Below, piece after piece: positions 17,659-27,471 of a stretch of DNA of 54,550 nucleotides. Position numbers and translations under genes: made by a program. Under the pieces are notes generated by a model, which saw only the letters and a program-made list of their open reading frames with translations, did not search any database and was not told the origin of the DNA. Position 1 is the stretch's first letter, and every line of letters begins with the position of its first letter. This DNA is from a virus. Its lineage: Duplodnaviria > Heunggongvirae > Uroviricota > Caudoviricetes. The stretch covers positions 1 to 54,550 of IMG/VR virus record IMGVR_UViG_3300023184_000028. One strand, 5' to 3'.

Positions 17659-19533
17659 ATGGAACAGAATACTCAAAATAATCAAAATGGCCAAAATTTA
17701 ACAATATGGCAAAGGTTATCACAAACCTTTGGTCCAAATTCTTTATTAAATCAGGACTATCCTACGTTCAGATATGATAAAAAAGAATTACTTAAAACTA
17801 CAAATAAGCAAGAGTTTGAAAAACAAAAATTACAAGCACAACAAACCGTATATCTTGCTCAACAGTGGACAAAAATAGAAAATAATCTGTATACTCAAGG
17901 TGTTTATTTTGAACCAACAAGATTAGCATCCTATTATGATTATGAATCTATGGAGTATACACCAGAAATTTCCGCAGCATTAGACATTTATGCGGAAGAA
18001 TCTACAACCGTAAATCAGAATGGGTTTATCTTACAAATATATTCAGAATCAAAACGTATTAAATCAGTATTAGCGGATTTATTTAACAACGCATTAGATA
18101 TCAATACTAACTTGGTGATGTGGACTAGAAATGTTTGTAAATACGGAGATAATTTTGTTTACTTAAAACTTGACCCCGAAAAAGGGATTGTGGGTTGTTT
18201 GCAATTACCTAACATTGAGATTGAAAGAGTTGAAAAAGGTATGAAAGGTAAATCTAACTTGGATAACAACGAATCGGAACAAAAAACATTAAGATTTAAT
18301 TGGAAAAATAGAGATTTAGAATTTAACACTTGGGAAATTGCTCACTTCAGATTATTGGGTGACGATAGAAAACTTCCTTATGGTACTTCAATGTTAGAAA
18401 AGGCTAGGCGTATTTGGAAACAACTTTTGTTATCTGAAGATGCCATGTTAATTTATCGTACATCAAGAGCACCTGAAAGAAGAATGTTTAAGGTATTTGT
18501 TGGTAATATGGATGATAAAGATGTTGAAGCATACGTACAACGTGTTGCAAATAAATTCAAACGTGACCAAGTTGTTGACAATAAGACAGGTAATGTGGAT
18601 TTGAGATTTAATCAAATGGCTGTAGACCAAGATTATTTCATACCTGTTAGAGACGCATCAGCACCTGACCCTATTACAACATTACCAGGAGCTCAAAACC
18701 TATCTGAAATTGCAGATATTGAATATATCCAAAAGAAACTGTTGACAGCTTTGAGAGTACCAAAAGCGTTTTTAGGATTTGAAGAAGTTGCGGGAGACGG
18801 TAAAAATTTATCATTACAAGATATTCGTTTTGCAAGAACTATTAATAGAATACAAAAAAGTATGTTAGCCGAAATGAATAAAATCGCTATTATACATTTG
18901 TTTTTACTTGGATTTGAAGATGAATTATCCAACTTTACCTTATCGTTAACAAACCCATCAACTCAAGCCGACTTGTTAAAAGTTGATGTTTGGAAAGAAA
19001 AAGTTTTACTATACAAAGACGCAACAACCAAAGTAGAAGGAATTGCACCTGTATCTCATTCATGGGCTAAAAAACATATATTGGGTATGTCAGATGAAGA
19101 AATTAAACTTGATATACAACAACAAAGAATTGAGAAAGCAGTTGCCACTGAACTTGAAAATACAGCAACAGTTATTATTAAAACAGGTATTTTTGATAAT
19201 ATTGACAAACTATACGGTTCATCTTCAGGTACTACCGCAGGTGCTGCTCCACCAGCTGGAGGAGGTGAAGAAACCGCACCTGAACCCGGTGGATTGGGTG
19301 GTTTAGGAGCACCACCACCTGGAGGAGGAGAAGAAGGAGGAGCACCACCACTTGGAGGAGAAGGGGCACCACCAGAAGGTGAAGTAACACCTGAATCAAG
19401 AAAAGATAGTAATTATAACATTTTATTAGAAAATGACGATATGTTAATGGACAACGAAATAATTGATTTGTCTAGAGCTAAAAATTATTTAGGTGAAATG
19501 GAGGAGCAATTGAATAAACTCCTAAATGACTAA
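17659..19533 (+). CDS. Portal protein (T4 gp20-like)
   Basis: YDYESM..PEI..ALDI, EDAMLIYRTSRAPERRMF, DYFIPVR, ITTLPGAQNL, ALRVPK, FARTINRIQ. Confidence 0.95.
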   Translation: MEQNTQNNQNGQNLTIWQRLSQTFGPNSLLNQDYPTFRYDKKELLKTTNKQEFEKQKLQAQQTVYLAQQWTKIENNLYTQGVYFEPTRLASYYDYESMEYTPEISAALDIYAEESTTVNQNGFILQIYSESKRIKSVLADLFNNALDINTNLVMWTRNVCKYGDNFVYLKLDPEKGIVGCLQLPNIEIERVEKGMKGKSNLDNNESEQKTLRFNWKNRDLEFNTWEIAHFRLLGDDRKLPYGTSMLEKARRIWKQLLLSEDAMLIYRTSRAPERRMFKVFVGNMDDKDVEAYVQRVANKFKRDQVVDNKTGNVDLRFNQMAVDQDYFIPVRDASAPDPITTLPGAQNLSEIADIEYIQKKLLTALRVPKAFLGFEEVAGDGKNLSLQDIRFARTINRIQKSMLAEMNKIAIIHLFLLGFEDELSNFTLSLTNPSTQADLLKVDVWKEKVLLYKDATTKVEGIAPVSHSWAKKHILGMSDEEIKLDIQQQRIEKAVATELENTATVIIKTGIFDNIDKLYGSSSGTTAGAAPPAGGGEETAPEPGGLGGLGAPPPGGGEEGGAPPLGGEGAPPEGEVTPESRKDSNYNILLENDDMLMDNEIIDLSRAKNYLGEMEEQLNKLLND

Positions 19534-19556
19534 TATTTATTGTAAATTATAATATC

Positions 19557-20261
19557 ATGGAATTTGGAATATTAAAATCAAAAATAGAAAAAAAATTAAC
19601 CGAATCTTATTCAAAGAATAGCTTTAATAAAGAAATTAAGACCTTTAGAGATGTTGTTTTAAAGAACGATGGTATTAGTAGGGCATATCACATATACAAT
19701 GAAATTTCCAAATCTAAAGGATTTGATAAGAAATTTGCTGAGGATTATGTTAACGAGTGCATAGACATTTTCAATAGAATTAAGTTTTCTAAAAAATCTA
19801 TATCATTGTTAGAATCTTGGGTTAGTGGAACTAAATGTGAAAATCAATATAAAGATATTGATACTATCTTTAATAAGAGTACGTTAGTTATTGAGAATAT
19901 TATAGAAAGTAAAAATAAGATTATTTCAAATTTAACAACTAAAGAATCCACTACTGAACTAATTAATATTCCTTTAGAAAAAATTGTTGAGGTCGCTAAC
20001 GAAAACTTAAAAAATTATTTAACTGACTTAAATGAATCTGAACTAAATCAGGTTAAAAAATATTTAACATTACCTAAAAATGAAATATCTAAAAGATATG
20101 AAGTTTTAAGTGAACTTATTATTGAAAAATTGGAGAATATGTTAAATGAATCTGATACAGAAACTAAAGAAAGAATTACCGAAACAATTTCTAAAATTAA
20201 AAATGATACTATAGATTCAATATCACTGATAAAATTAAAAACTCTTAACGAGAACTTGTAA
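19557..20261 (+). CDS. Hypothetical head-module protein
   Basis: 234-aa helical ORF directly after portal, TATTTAT upstream, several LxE|S sites. Confidence 0.7.
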   Translation: MEFGILKSKIEKKLTESYSKNSFNKEIKTFRDVVLKNDGISRAYHIYNEISKSKGFDKKFAEDYVNECIDIFNRIKFSKKSISLLESWVSGTKCENQYKDIDTIFNKSTLVIENIIESKNKIISNLTTKESTTELINIPLEKIVEVANENLKNYLTDLNESELNQVKKYLTLPKNEISKRYEVLSELIIEKLENMLNESDTETKERITETISKIKNDTIDSISLIKLKTLNENL

Positions 20262-20433
20262 TTTTTTGTTGGTAAATAGCCTTTTTCTTTTGGGTTCTTA
20301 ACACTACGGATTTTTTAGTGTATTCTTTTTTTCCTCTTAGGATGTCGTTTTGTTTTGTTTTTATTACCTTATTTTTTAACATTTTAAGTGCCTTATCAAT
20401 TGGCGTTTTGTTATCTAAATTTACTATTATCAT
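20245..20433 (-). CDS. rpsU: Ribosomal protein bS21 (phage-encoded)
   Basis: 62-aa basic protein with IDKALK.LK.K..K...LR.K.EY.K.SV..R....KA.Y bS21 pattern; antisense within the head module. Confidence 0.88.
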   Translation of the reverse strand: MIIVNLDNKTPIDKALKMLKNKVIKTKQNDILRGKKEYTKKSVVLRTQKKKAIYQQKITSSR

Positions 20434-20528
20434 ATATTACAAATATCATTAAAAATAGTAAAATTCTTTGACATGGTTAATTTTATTGTGTATTTTTATA
20501 AAAAATAAACTACACATAATGGAAAAAC

Positions 20529-20978
20529 ATGAAGAAAGGAAAAAGTACGAAACTAACGGGTTATCGTTCTTATAAAGTGAACTATGGAACAGTAGATTCA
20601 AGAACATTAAAATCAATTTACCTCAACATTCAAACTTGGGCTGAACCTAAAAAAGAAATAGAATCACCACAAAGGTCAGTTAACAATTTATCAAGACAAA
20701 TCAAACACGCAATTTTAGACTACCTAAATACAAACATTTTTAATGATAAATTTATTGTTGATTTAGATTTAAGGTCAAGCGGAATTCAATTAAATAAAAA
20801 ATCATTTCTAAATTTAGAATGTTTTTTTTACTTAAAAAACCAAAACGAAGATTTTAAGTCTTTATTACTTAAGAATGAAATCAAAAAAATTACAGACGGA
20901 ATCATAAATAAAAACTTCAAAAAGAACGATTCTTATTCATTTAGTTTAACTAAAAAAGAAACTATTTCTATCAAATAA
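20529..20978 (+). CDS. Hypothetical protein divergent from bS21
   Basis: 149-aa basic ORF. Confidence 0.7.
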   Translation: MKKGKSTKLTGYRSYKVNYGTVDSRTLKSIYLNIQTWAEPKKEIESPQRSVNNLSRQIKHAILDYLNTNIFNDKFIVDLDLRSSGIQLNKKSFLNLECFFYLKNQNEDFKSLLLKNEIKKITDGIINKNFKKNDSYSFSLTKKETISIK

Positions 20979-21020
20979 TGAAATATACCTTAAACAACAT
21001 ATTTATTATAAAATAATAAT

Positions 21021-21749
21021 ATGAAAATATTAGCACCAAATGAAATTGGTAAAGGTATATTGGTAGAATATGACGCAGGTTATATATCACCAACAGATAA
21101 ACATAATGCTCAAATAATTAAAGAATCTAAAAATATGTTAGATTACTCCAAACCATTTGAGTTTTATGCTGTGCTACAAAAATACAATACTCCAAATAGA
21201 AACGGAAGAATTTATCCTGAAAAAATATTAAAAAGAGAAGCCGAAAATTATAAAACCGCAATCTCTAAAGGAACTTCATTATCAGAACTTAATCACCCCG
21301 AATCATCATTGATTGACTTGGATAGAGTATCTCATCTGATAACCGAAGTATGGTGGGAAGGTAATATTTTAATGGGTAAGTTAAAATTATTAACATCACC
21401 AGGATTCCACGAAAGAGGTATCATTTCTTGTAAGGGGGATATGGCCGCCAACTACTTAAGACAAGGTGTTACGTTAGGTATATCTTCAAGAGGTGTTGGT
21501 TCATTGGCAAAGAAAGGAGAACAAAATGAAGTTCAAGATGATTTTGAGTTAATTTGTTTTGACTTGGTATCATCACCATCTACACCTGGCGCATATCTTT
21601 TCTTAAATCCTGAAGATAGAAATAATTATGAAGAGAATCTTGATGAGGAAAACAAAATGAAAAGAGAAAGGGTATTAGGGTCAAAACCTGGTGAAGGAAA
21701 CAAATCACTTGACTTAATGAGAAAATTATCCGATTATTTGGGAAAATAA
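21021..21749 (+). CDS. Prohead protease (T4 gp21-like)
   Basis: NRNGRIYP, ELNHP, GISSRGVGS, FDLVSSPSTPGA motifs. Confidence 0.95.
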   Translation: MKILAPNEIGKGILVEYDAGYISPTDKHNAQIIKESKNMLDYSKPFEFYAVLQKYNTPNRNGRIYPEKILKREAENYKTAISKGTSLSELNHPESSLIDLDRVSHLITEVWWEGNILMGKLKLLTSPGFHERGIISCKGDMAANYLRQGVTLGISSRGVGSLAKKGEQNEVQDDFELICFDLVSSPSTPGAYLFLNPEDRNNYEENLDEENKMKRERVLGSKPGEGNKSLDLMRKLSDYLGK

Positions 21750-21756
21750 ATAAATT

Positions 21757-21975
21757 ATGGAAATGGATGAAAAGTATTTTGTTGCAAAAATTATGTATGA
21801 TTTACCAGACCCTGAGTCAGGAAAAATTAAAAAAATTAGAGAAGAAAAGTTAGTTCGTGGGTTTTCAGTAACTGATGTTGAAGCAAAAGTGACTAAACGA
21901 TACGAGACTTTTTCACAAGATTGGAGAATTACTTCTGTATCTGAAAGTAAAATTGATGAGGTTTTAGAAGGGTAA
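21757..21975 (+). CDS. DUF4494-like small protein
   Basis: YF.AKI.Y...GK.KK.REE.LV...SVTD.EAKV resembles the Bacteroidota DUF4494 family. Confidence 0.55.
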   Translation: MEMDEKYFVAKIMYDLPDPESGKIKKIREEKLVRGFSVTDVEAKVTKRYETFSQDWRITSVSESKIDEVLEG

Positions 21976-21993
21976 GTAATTAAATTAAAAAAT

Positions 21994-22020
21994 AAAAGGA
22001 GACAATATGTCTCCTTTTTT
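21994..22020 (+). terminator. Intrinsic terminator
   Basis: AAAAGGAGACA-ATA-TGTCTCCTTTTTT. Confidence 0.8.
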
Positions 22021-22140
22021 CGTATATGGTAATATTTATTGTGGTAATAAACCGCAATTCTAAAATAAATGGGGGTAAAACACTCCTATAATAAACTTTT
22101 TGTATAAATAGAAATATTTATATAGTAAATTATACTAAAA

Positions 22141-23628
22141 ATGGCAGAAAAAAAATCACTAGTAGAAGAAACATTACTCCAAATGAGAAGTTTGGAAAAT
22201 GTGATTTCTGAAAATGCAAAAGGAATACTTCACTCAACCATGAGAGAAGAAATCGGAGAATTAGTAAAAGAGTCCCTTAAAGAGGCTGAAGAAGACGAAT
22301 CAATGAGTATGGATACTGAAATGTCTGAACAAGATGATGACATGGAAGTTGATATGACAGATGATTCTGAAGATGAAACCGACACTGAAACTGACGACAT
22401 GACTGACACAGAAGATGACATGGAAGACGATGAAACTGACGACATGGATGACATGGAAGATGATGAAACTGAAGACATGGACATGACAATGGATGACGAA
22501 GACGAAGAACCTGTTGATTTAACAAATGCTTCTGACGAAGAAATTTTAAAGGTATTCAAAGGTATGGGTGAAGAAGATGGTATTATCGTTAAAAAAGACG
22601 GTAACACTGTTGATTTACAGGATACTAATGATGATTCTCATTACAAAATTTCTTTAGGTGAGCAATTTGAGGATGAAATGGAAGACGACGAATTCGGTAT
22701 GTCTAAAATGGGTGGAATGACTGGCATGGATGATGAAGAAGATGAGGAGGGATGGGAAGAAATTTCTCCAATTCATGGTATGAATGACGAATCTGAAGAA
22801 GATGAAGAAGGTATTATGTATGAAATTGAAATGGATGAAGAATCTGAAGAAGACCAATCTATGGAAATGGATGAAGAATCTGAAGAAGACCAATCTATGG
22901 AAATGGATGAAGAATCTGAAGAAGATGACGAATCATTAGAAGAAGGATTTAAACCTAAAGGTAAGGGAATTGGTAAAGCAAAATTCCAATACAAAAAAAC
23001 CAAAGGTGGTTTCAAAGAAACCATGAAACAAGGGACAAAAGGTGTTGGAATGGGTAAACCAAAATTTGAATTTAAAAAAGGTGAGAACATGGGCGGTACA
23101 AATAAAATTGTTAAAAAAACCGAAACCAAAGAAGCTGCTAGAACCTTAGGTGCTGGAAGAAGATTTGGAAAACCTGGATTACCTAAACCAAAAGCGGCTC
23201 CAAGACATTTGAATTTAGAATCTGTTGAAAGAGAAGTTAAATTACTTAGAGAAAAAAATGAAGAGTACAGAAAAGCGCTTAACGTTTTTAGAAGTAAACT
23301 TAACGAAGTTGCGGTTTTTAATTCTAATTTGGCTTACGCTACAAGATTATTTACTGAACATTCAACTACCAAACATGAAAAAATCAATATCTTAAGAAGA
23401 TTTGATTCTGTTGAATCTTTAAAAGAGTCAAAATCTCTTTATAAAATTGTTAAAGATGAACTTTCATCTCAAGGTGGTGGTAAACTAATGAAAGAGTCAA
23501 TTCAAGAAAAAATTGATAAGACTCCATCATCAGGTTCTGCGGCTAATTTAATTGAGTCAAAAACTTACGAAAACCCTCAATTTATGAGAATGAAAGATTT
23601 GATGTCAAAAATGAACATCATAAAATAA
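22141..23628 (+). CDS. Prohead core/scaffold protein
   Basis: Between protease and MCP; very acidic middle, coiled-coil C-terminus (LNEV..FNS.LAYA..LF). Confidence 0.8.
   Translation: MAEKKSLVEETLLQMRSLENVISENAKGILHSTMREEIGELVKESLKEAEEDESMSMDTEMSEQDDDMEVDMTDDSEDETDTETDDMTDTEDDMEDDETDDMDDMEDDETEDMDMTMDDEDEEPVDLTNASDEEILKVFKGMGEEDGIIVKKDGNTVDLQDTNDDSHYKISLGEQFEDEMEDDEFGMSKMGGMTGMDDEEDEEGWEEISPIHGMNDESEEDEEGIMYEIEMDEESEEDQSMEMDEESEEDQSMEMDEESEEDDESLEEGFKPKGKGIGKAKFQYKKTKGGFKETMKQGTKGVGMGKPKFEFKKGENMGGTNKIVKKTETKEAARTLGAGRRFGKPGLPKPKAAPRHLNLESVEREVKLLREKNEEYRKALNVFRSKLNEVAVFNSNLAYATRLFTEHSTTKHEKINILRRFDSVESLKESKSLYKIVKDELSSQGGGKLMKESIQEKIDKTPSSGSAANLIESKTYENPQFMRMKDLMSKMNIIK
22828..22925 (+). 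repeat. 36-bp in-frame tandem repeat (~2.7 copies)
   Basis: GAAATGGATGAAGAATCTGAAGAAGACCAATCTATG (EMDEESEEDQSM). Confidence 0.9.
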
Positions 23629-23656
23629 ACTAAAAAAAAATTAAATAAAATTTAAA

Positions 23657-25465
23657 ATGGGAGCATTATTAGAAAGCGGTCTTGTTGGTAACATTGGTCT
23701 TAAGCACCTTAAAGTTATCAAAGAAGACACTATCAGCAAATGGGACAAATTAGGATTCCTTGAGGGTCTTAAAGGTCACCTTAAAGAGAACGTTGCACAG
23801 TTATATGAAAACCAAGCATCATTCTTAATCAACGAAGCATCTGCAACAGATTCTTCAGGTTCTTTTGAAACAGTTGTATTTCCAATTGTGAGAAGAGTAT
23901 TCTCTAAACTTTTGGCAAACGATATCGTTTCTGTACAAGCTATGAACTTACCAATCGGTAAATTGTTCTACTTTGTACCTAAAATTCAAGGTTACACTGG
24001 CGGTTCAGCAAACCAATCAGGTACACACTACGCGCCAATCGGTTCACCGGGTAACTACCCTGGTAATCAAAATGCGGGATACGGTACATCAACAGGAGCT
24101 TACGCTAAAAATCTTTATGATTTGTTCTATGAAGGTTCTGAACCTACATTGAATCCTGCAGGTTTATTTGACTATTCTAAAGGACAATGGTCAGCGATTA
24201 CCGCAACTACGACTGTGGTATCTTGGTTAAATGGTGGTTTAGTTGAAAATAACTCAATCACAGGAAATCAAAGAAAAATGATTATCAAAATGTGTGGTTT
24301 CTATGATAACGGTGTTGGTAAATTAATGGGACCTGATGGTTCTGAAATTGATACTGAAACTTTCTTATCTGATTTACATATTGTTGCGGGAGCTGGTTTA
24401 TCGGTTTCTGCTGGTTGTGTTGATACAACTGCAGCCGCTTTACCGTTCAGAGTTGTTACTCAACAATATGGTAAAGGTATTGTGAGTCCTACTTACACTG
24501 CAACTCCAACTACATGGCCAAATGGTAATGGTGGTTCTTATGACAGTATTTGTTCTCAAGATGGTTGTATCATTTTGGAAGTTGATTTACAGTGTCCAGT
24601 ATGTGCAACTTGTGGAGCAGATTCATTAGATGGTTACACAGGTACTACAGTAGTATCTGCATCTTCTGCAACTTCTTTCGTAGCTGTTTTCAGACGTTAT
24701 GAAGAATTGGAATTTGAAGATAAAATTGGTGAAGTTTCTTTTGACCTTGAATCAGTAACAGTTTCTGTAACTGAAAGAAAATTAAGAGCACAATGGTCAC
24801 CTGAATTAGCTCAAGACGTTGCGGCTTTCCACAACATTGATGCTGAAGCAGAATTGACGGCTCTATTGTCTGAACAAGTTGCTGCTGAAATTGACCGTGA
24901 AATCTTACGTGATTTACGTAAAGGTGCCGCATGGACAATTCGTTGGGACTACAATGGTTGGAAGAGATTATCTCAAACAACTTCTTATACTCAAAAAGAT
25001 TGGAATCAAACTTTGATTACTGCAATTAATCAACTTTCTGCTCAAATCCACAAATCAACTTTGAGAGGTGGTGCAAACTGGATAGTTGTTTCTTCTGAAA
25101 TCAGTGCAATTTTTGATGACTTGGAATATTTCCACGTATCAAACGCAGCACCTGAGCAAGACCAATACAACATGGGTATTGAAAGAGTAGGTACTCTTGC
25201 AGGACGTTACCAAGTATATCGTGACCCTTACTTCCCAGCAAACACAGTTTTGATTGGACACAAAGGAACTTCATTGTTAGATACTGGTTACATCTACGCA
25301 CCGTATGTACCTTTACAATTAACTCCAACTATGTACAATCCGTTCAACTTTACTCCAATTAAGGGTATTATGACGAGATACGCTAAGAAAATGGTTAATA
25401 ACCGTTTCTATGGTAAAATCACAGTTGATGGTGTTAGAACATTTGACTTACAAGAATTGAGATAA
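23657..25465 (+). CDS. Major capsid protein (T4 gp23-like)
   Basis: FPIVRRV..L.A.DIVSVQAM..P.G..F, RKLRAQWSPELAQDV.AFH.IDAEAEL, YAPYVPL, P.KGIMTRY. Confidence 0.96.
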   Translation: MGALLESGLVGNIGLKHLKVIKEDTISKWDKLGFLEGLKGHLKENVAQLYENQASFLINEASATDSSGSFETVVFPIVRRVFSKLLANDIVSVQAMNLPIGKLFYFVPKIQGYTGGSANQSGTHYAPIGSPGNYPGNQNAGYGTSTGAYAKNLYDLFYEGSEPTLNPAGLFDYSKGQWSAITATTTVVSWLNGGLVENNSITGNQRKMIIKMCGFYDNGVGKLMGPDGSEIDTETFLSDLHIVAGAGLSVSAGCVDTTAAALPFRVVTQQYGKGIVSPTYTATPTTWPNGNGGSYDSICSQDGCIILEVDLQCPVCATCGADSLDGYTGTTVVSASSATSFVAVFRRYEELEFEDKIGEVSFDLESVTVSVTERKLRAQWSPELAQDVAAFHNIDAEAELTALLSEQVAAEIDREILRDLRKGAAWTIRWDYNGWKRLSQTTSYTQKDWNQTLITAINQLSAQIHKSTLRGGANWIVVSSEISAIFDDLEYFHVSNAAPEQDQYNMGIERVGTLAGRYQVYRDPYFPANTVLIGHKGTSLLDTGYIYAPYVPLQLTPTMYNPFNFTPIKGIMTRYAKKMVNNRFYGKITVDGVRTFDLQELR

Positions 25466-25486
25466 TCATTCTTTAATGAAAATACG

Positions 25487-25518
25487 AAAGGAGACAAGAA
25501 ATTGTCTCCTTTTTTTTT
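25487..25518. terminator. Terminator after MCP
   Basis: AAAGGAGACAA-GAAA-TTGTCTCCTTT followed by a T-run. Confidence 0.85.
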
Positions 25519-25795
25519 AATTAGTTGGTGTGGAAACGACTCTAATAGCTTTTGATAATAATTCTGTTTCAGTTATATTATAAGCATTTCTTTTGAATGC
25601 TGATTGACACGCTTGTAGTATACAATATAACGCTTGTTCTTGATTAAGATTAGATATGAATCTATCTAAATCTTCATTTTTATAATAATTCATTGTATCA
25701 AACAAGACACCGATTGGTTCTCCAAGATTTGGTTCTTCCATTTTATTTTCTTCAACTATAGGTTCTTCTGTTTTAACTTCTTTTTCTTTTGGCAT
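25517..25795 (-). CDS. Hypothetical protein
   Basis: 92-aa ORF. Confidence 0.65.
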   Translation of the reverse strand: MPKEKEVKTEEPIVEENKMEEPNLGEPIGVLFDTMNYYKNEDLDRFISNLNQEQALYCILQACQSAFKRNAYNITETELLSKAIRVVSTPTN

Positions 25796-25845
25796 ATTAT
25801 TTATTTTTTTAGTGATATTTATAATTATAAAAAATTTTTCACTTA

Positions 25846-26565
25846 ATGTCCATTAAAAAATTAAATAGAGAGTTATTAGAATGGTATAAAGAGGACAAAT
25901 TGTTAACTGAAGCCACAGGAACAAATGGTTCAGGTTCTTTTAAAATTCCTTTAAGTCCCGGAACAAGATTATGGGATAAAACAAATTTAGACCCATTTAA
26001 TATTCAAGTTTCAAAATATGATGATGCTCAATTAGCGTATGATAGTTATGATGGTTCTTTAGACGTTTCAAAAAAAACCGCAAAAAAAATGGAATCTAAT
26101 GCTCGTAAGATTGAAAAGTATCAAAAAAAACATCCTGAAAATAGTGATGACGATGGGAATAATTTAAATGGTGGTAATGGTCCTGGAACCCCTGTAGGTC
26201 CGTTTAATAAAATAGTTAAAGAAGATTTAGCCGTTTGGTTTGGAACAAAAAAGAAACCAAAAGGTAGTAAACAACCAAAAGGTCCTTGGGTTAATATTTG
26301 TCGTCATAAAGAAGGTGGTGGTCACCCCCCATGTGGTAGACCTGATGCATCTGACAAAGGGTATCCTAAATGCAGAGCAGCTGGAGTTGCATCAAAAATG
26401 ACTGATTCACAAAAAAGAAGTGCTTGTCAGCAAAAAAGAAAGGCTGAAAAAACCCATAGTAAATCAGGGACAGGTAACACACCAAAAATGACTCATTACG
26501 AACCAAAAAAAGAGTCAGTAAGAGATAACATTTTAAGTGTTATTAAAGAGTATCTCTCAAGATAA
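25846..26565 (+). CDS. Hypothetical protein with C-terminal basic Cys/Trp domain
   Basis: L..WF...WV.IC...PCGR...YPKC motif; TATTTAT upstream. Confidence 0.7.
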   Translation: MSIKKLNRELLEWYKEDKLLTEATGTNGSGSFKIPLSPGTRLWDKTNLDPFNIQVSKYDDAQLAYDSYDGSLDVSKKTAKKMESNARKIEKYQKKHPENSDDDGNNLNGGNGPGTPVGPFNKIVKEDLAVWFGTKKKPKGSKQPKGPWVNICRHKEGGGHPPCGRPDASDKGYPKCRAAGVASKMTDSQKRSACQQKRKAEKTHSKSGTGNTPKMTHYEPKKESVRDNILSVIKEYLSR

Positions 26566-26961
26566 ACTTTCCAATATTTTTTTTAGAGAATGTTGAATAT
26601 TTGATTTTATCTCAACTTCTAATTGTAATCTTTTTTTCTCAACCTCATTATCAAACATTTTTAGTAGTTCTTGATAATGCTCATCAAATTCACAATAAAT
26701 ACTATAACTATATACGTGATTTATCAACATAATAGTACCGTTTGAAATGACAATAAACATACTGCTATCGTCATTTTTTATATATCTCTTGTTTGATAAA
26801 GGCGCTATTGTTAACTTTGAATTTGGATTATTGATTAATTTAATACATATATCATGACAAAATTTTTCCTCTTCGCTAATTTCTCTTGGGGGGTTAAACT
26901 TGTTTTTTAAGTGGAGATAATATCGGTATAAAATGTTTTTAGGGTTAATTACGTCTTTCAT
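26557..26961 (-). CDS. Hypothetical protein
   Basis: 134-aa ORF with TATATTTG (TAnnTTTG) at 26973-26966 just upstream. Confidence 0.65.
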   Translation of the reverse strand: MKDVINPKNILYRYYLHLKNKFNPPREISEEEKFCHDICIKLINNPNSKLTIAPLSNKRYIKNDDSSMFIVISNGTIMLINHVYSYSIYCEFDEHYQELLKMFDNEVEKKRLQLEVEIKSNIQHSLKKILESLS

Positions 26962-27043
26962 GATGCAAATATAAAAATATTTTTGGAATAAAATAAAGTT
27001 GATTATTAAAAATAATTAACTTATACTTGTTAAAATAAATATT

Positions 27044-27469
27044 ATGAAAAAAATTAAAAACGGTGATACCGTAAATGTAAATTACACTGGAAAATTGGAA
27101 GATGGAACTATTTTTGATTCGTCTTTAATTGAAGGAAGAACTCCATTAAAAGTAACGTTGGGTCAAAATCAATTAATTAAAGGATTTGAAAATGGTTTAA
27201 TTGACATGTTAGAGGGTGACAAAAAAACAATAGAGATTGAACCGACTGAAGCTTATGGCGACCATAATCCTGAAATGATTATTGAAATCCCATCAACTAA
27301 TGTTCCACCCGATGTTCAAGTGGGTCAAATGTTACAAGGGAATTCTCCTCAAGGTCCTGTTAATGTTAAAGTTCTTGAAATTAAAGAAGATGTTGTCGTT
27401 CTTGACGGTAATCATCCTTTAGCTGGAAAAAAATTAATCTTTGACTTGGAAGTCGTTGGAATTGACTAA
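27044..27469 (+). CDS. FKBP-type peptidyl-prolyl isomerase, SlyD-like (insert-in-flap domain, no His-rich tail)
   Basis: GD.V.V.YTG.LEDG..FDSS, LIKGFE.GL, P.EAYG, DGNHPLAGK.L.F. Confidence 0.92.
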   Translation: MKKIKNGDTVNVNYTGKLEDGTIFDSSLIEGRTPLKVTLGQNQLIKGFENGLIDMLEGDKKTIEIEPTEAYGDHNPEMIIEIPSTNVPPDVQVGQMLQGNSPQGPVNVKVLEIKEDVVVLDGNHPLAGKKLIFDLEVVGID

Positions 27470-27471
27470 TT

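Noticed and set aside
21996-22063. AAGGAG + ATG opening an 18-codon ORF (MSPFFVYGNIYCGNKPQF)
   Set aside because: SD and ATG are the two arms of a terminator hairpin; the same stem occurs at 25487 without an ATG
22828-22925. 36-bp repeat as a possible CRISPR array
   Set aside because: Head-to-tail with no spacers, and in frame within a CDS
22230-23129. Antisense Ser-rich ORFs over the scaffold gene
   Set aside because: Complement of GAT/GAA/ATG repeats lacks stops by composition
15853-25465. Introns or inteins in TerL, portal or MCP
   Set aside because: ORFs are continuous with no intein splice motifs or homing endonuclease signatures; the MCP insertion lacks C/S...HN ends
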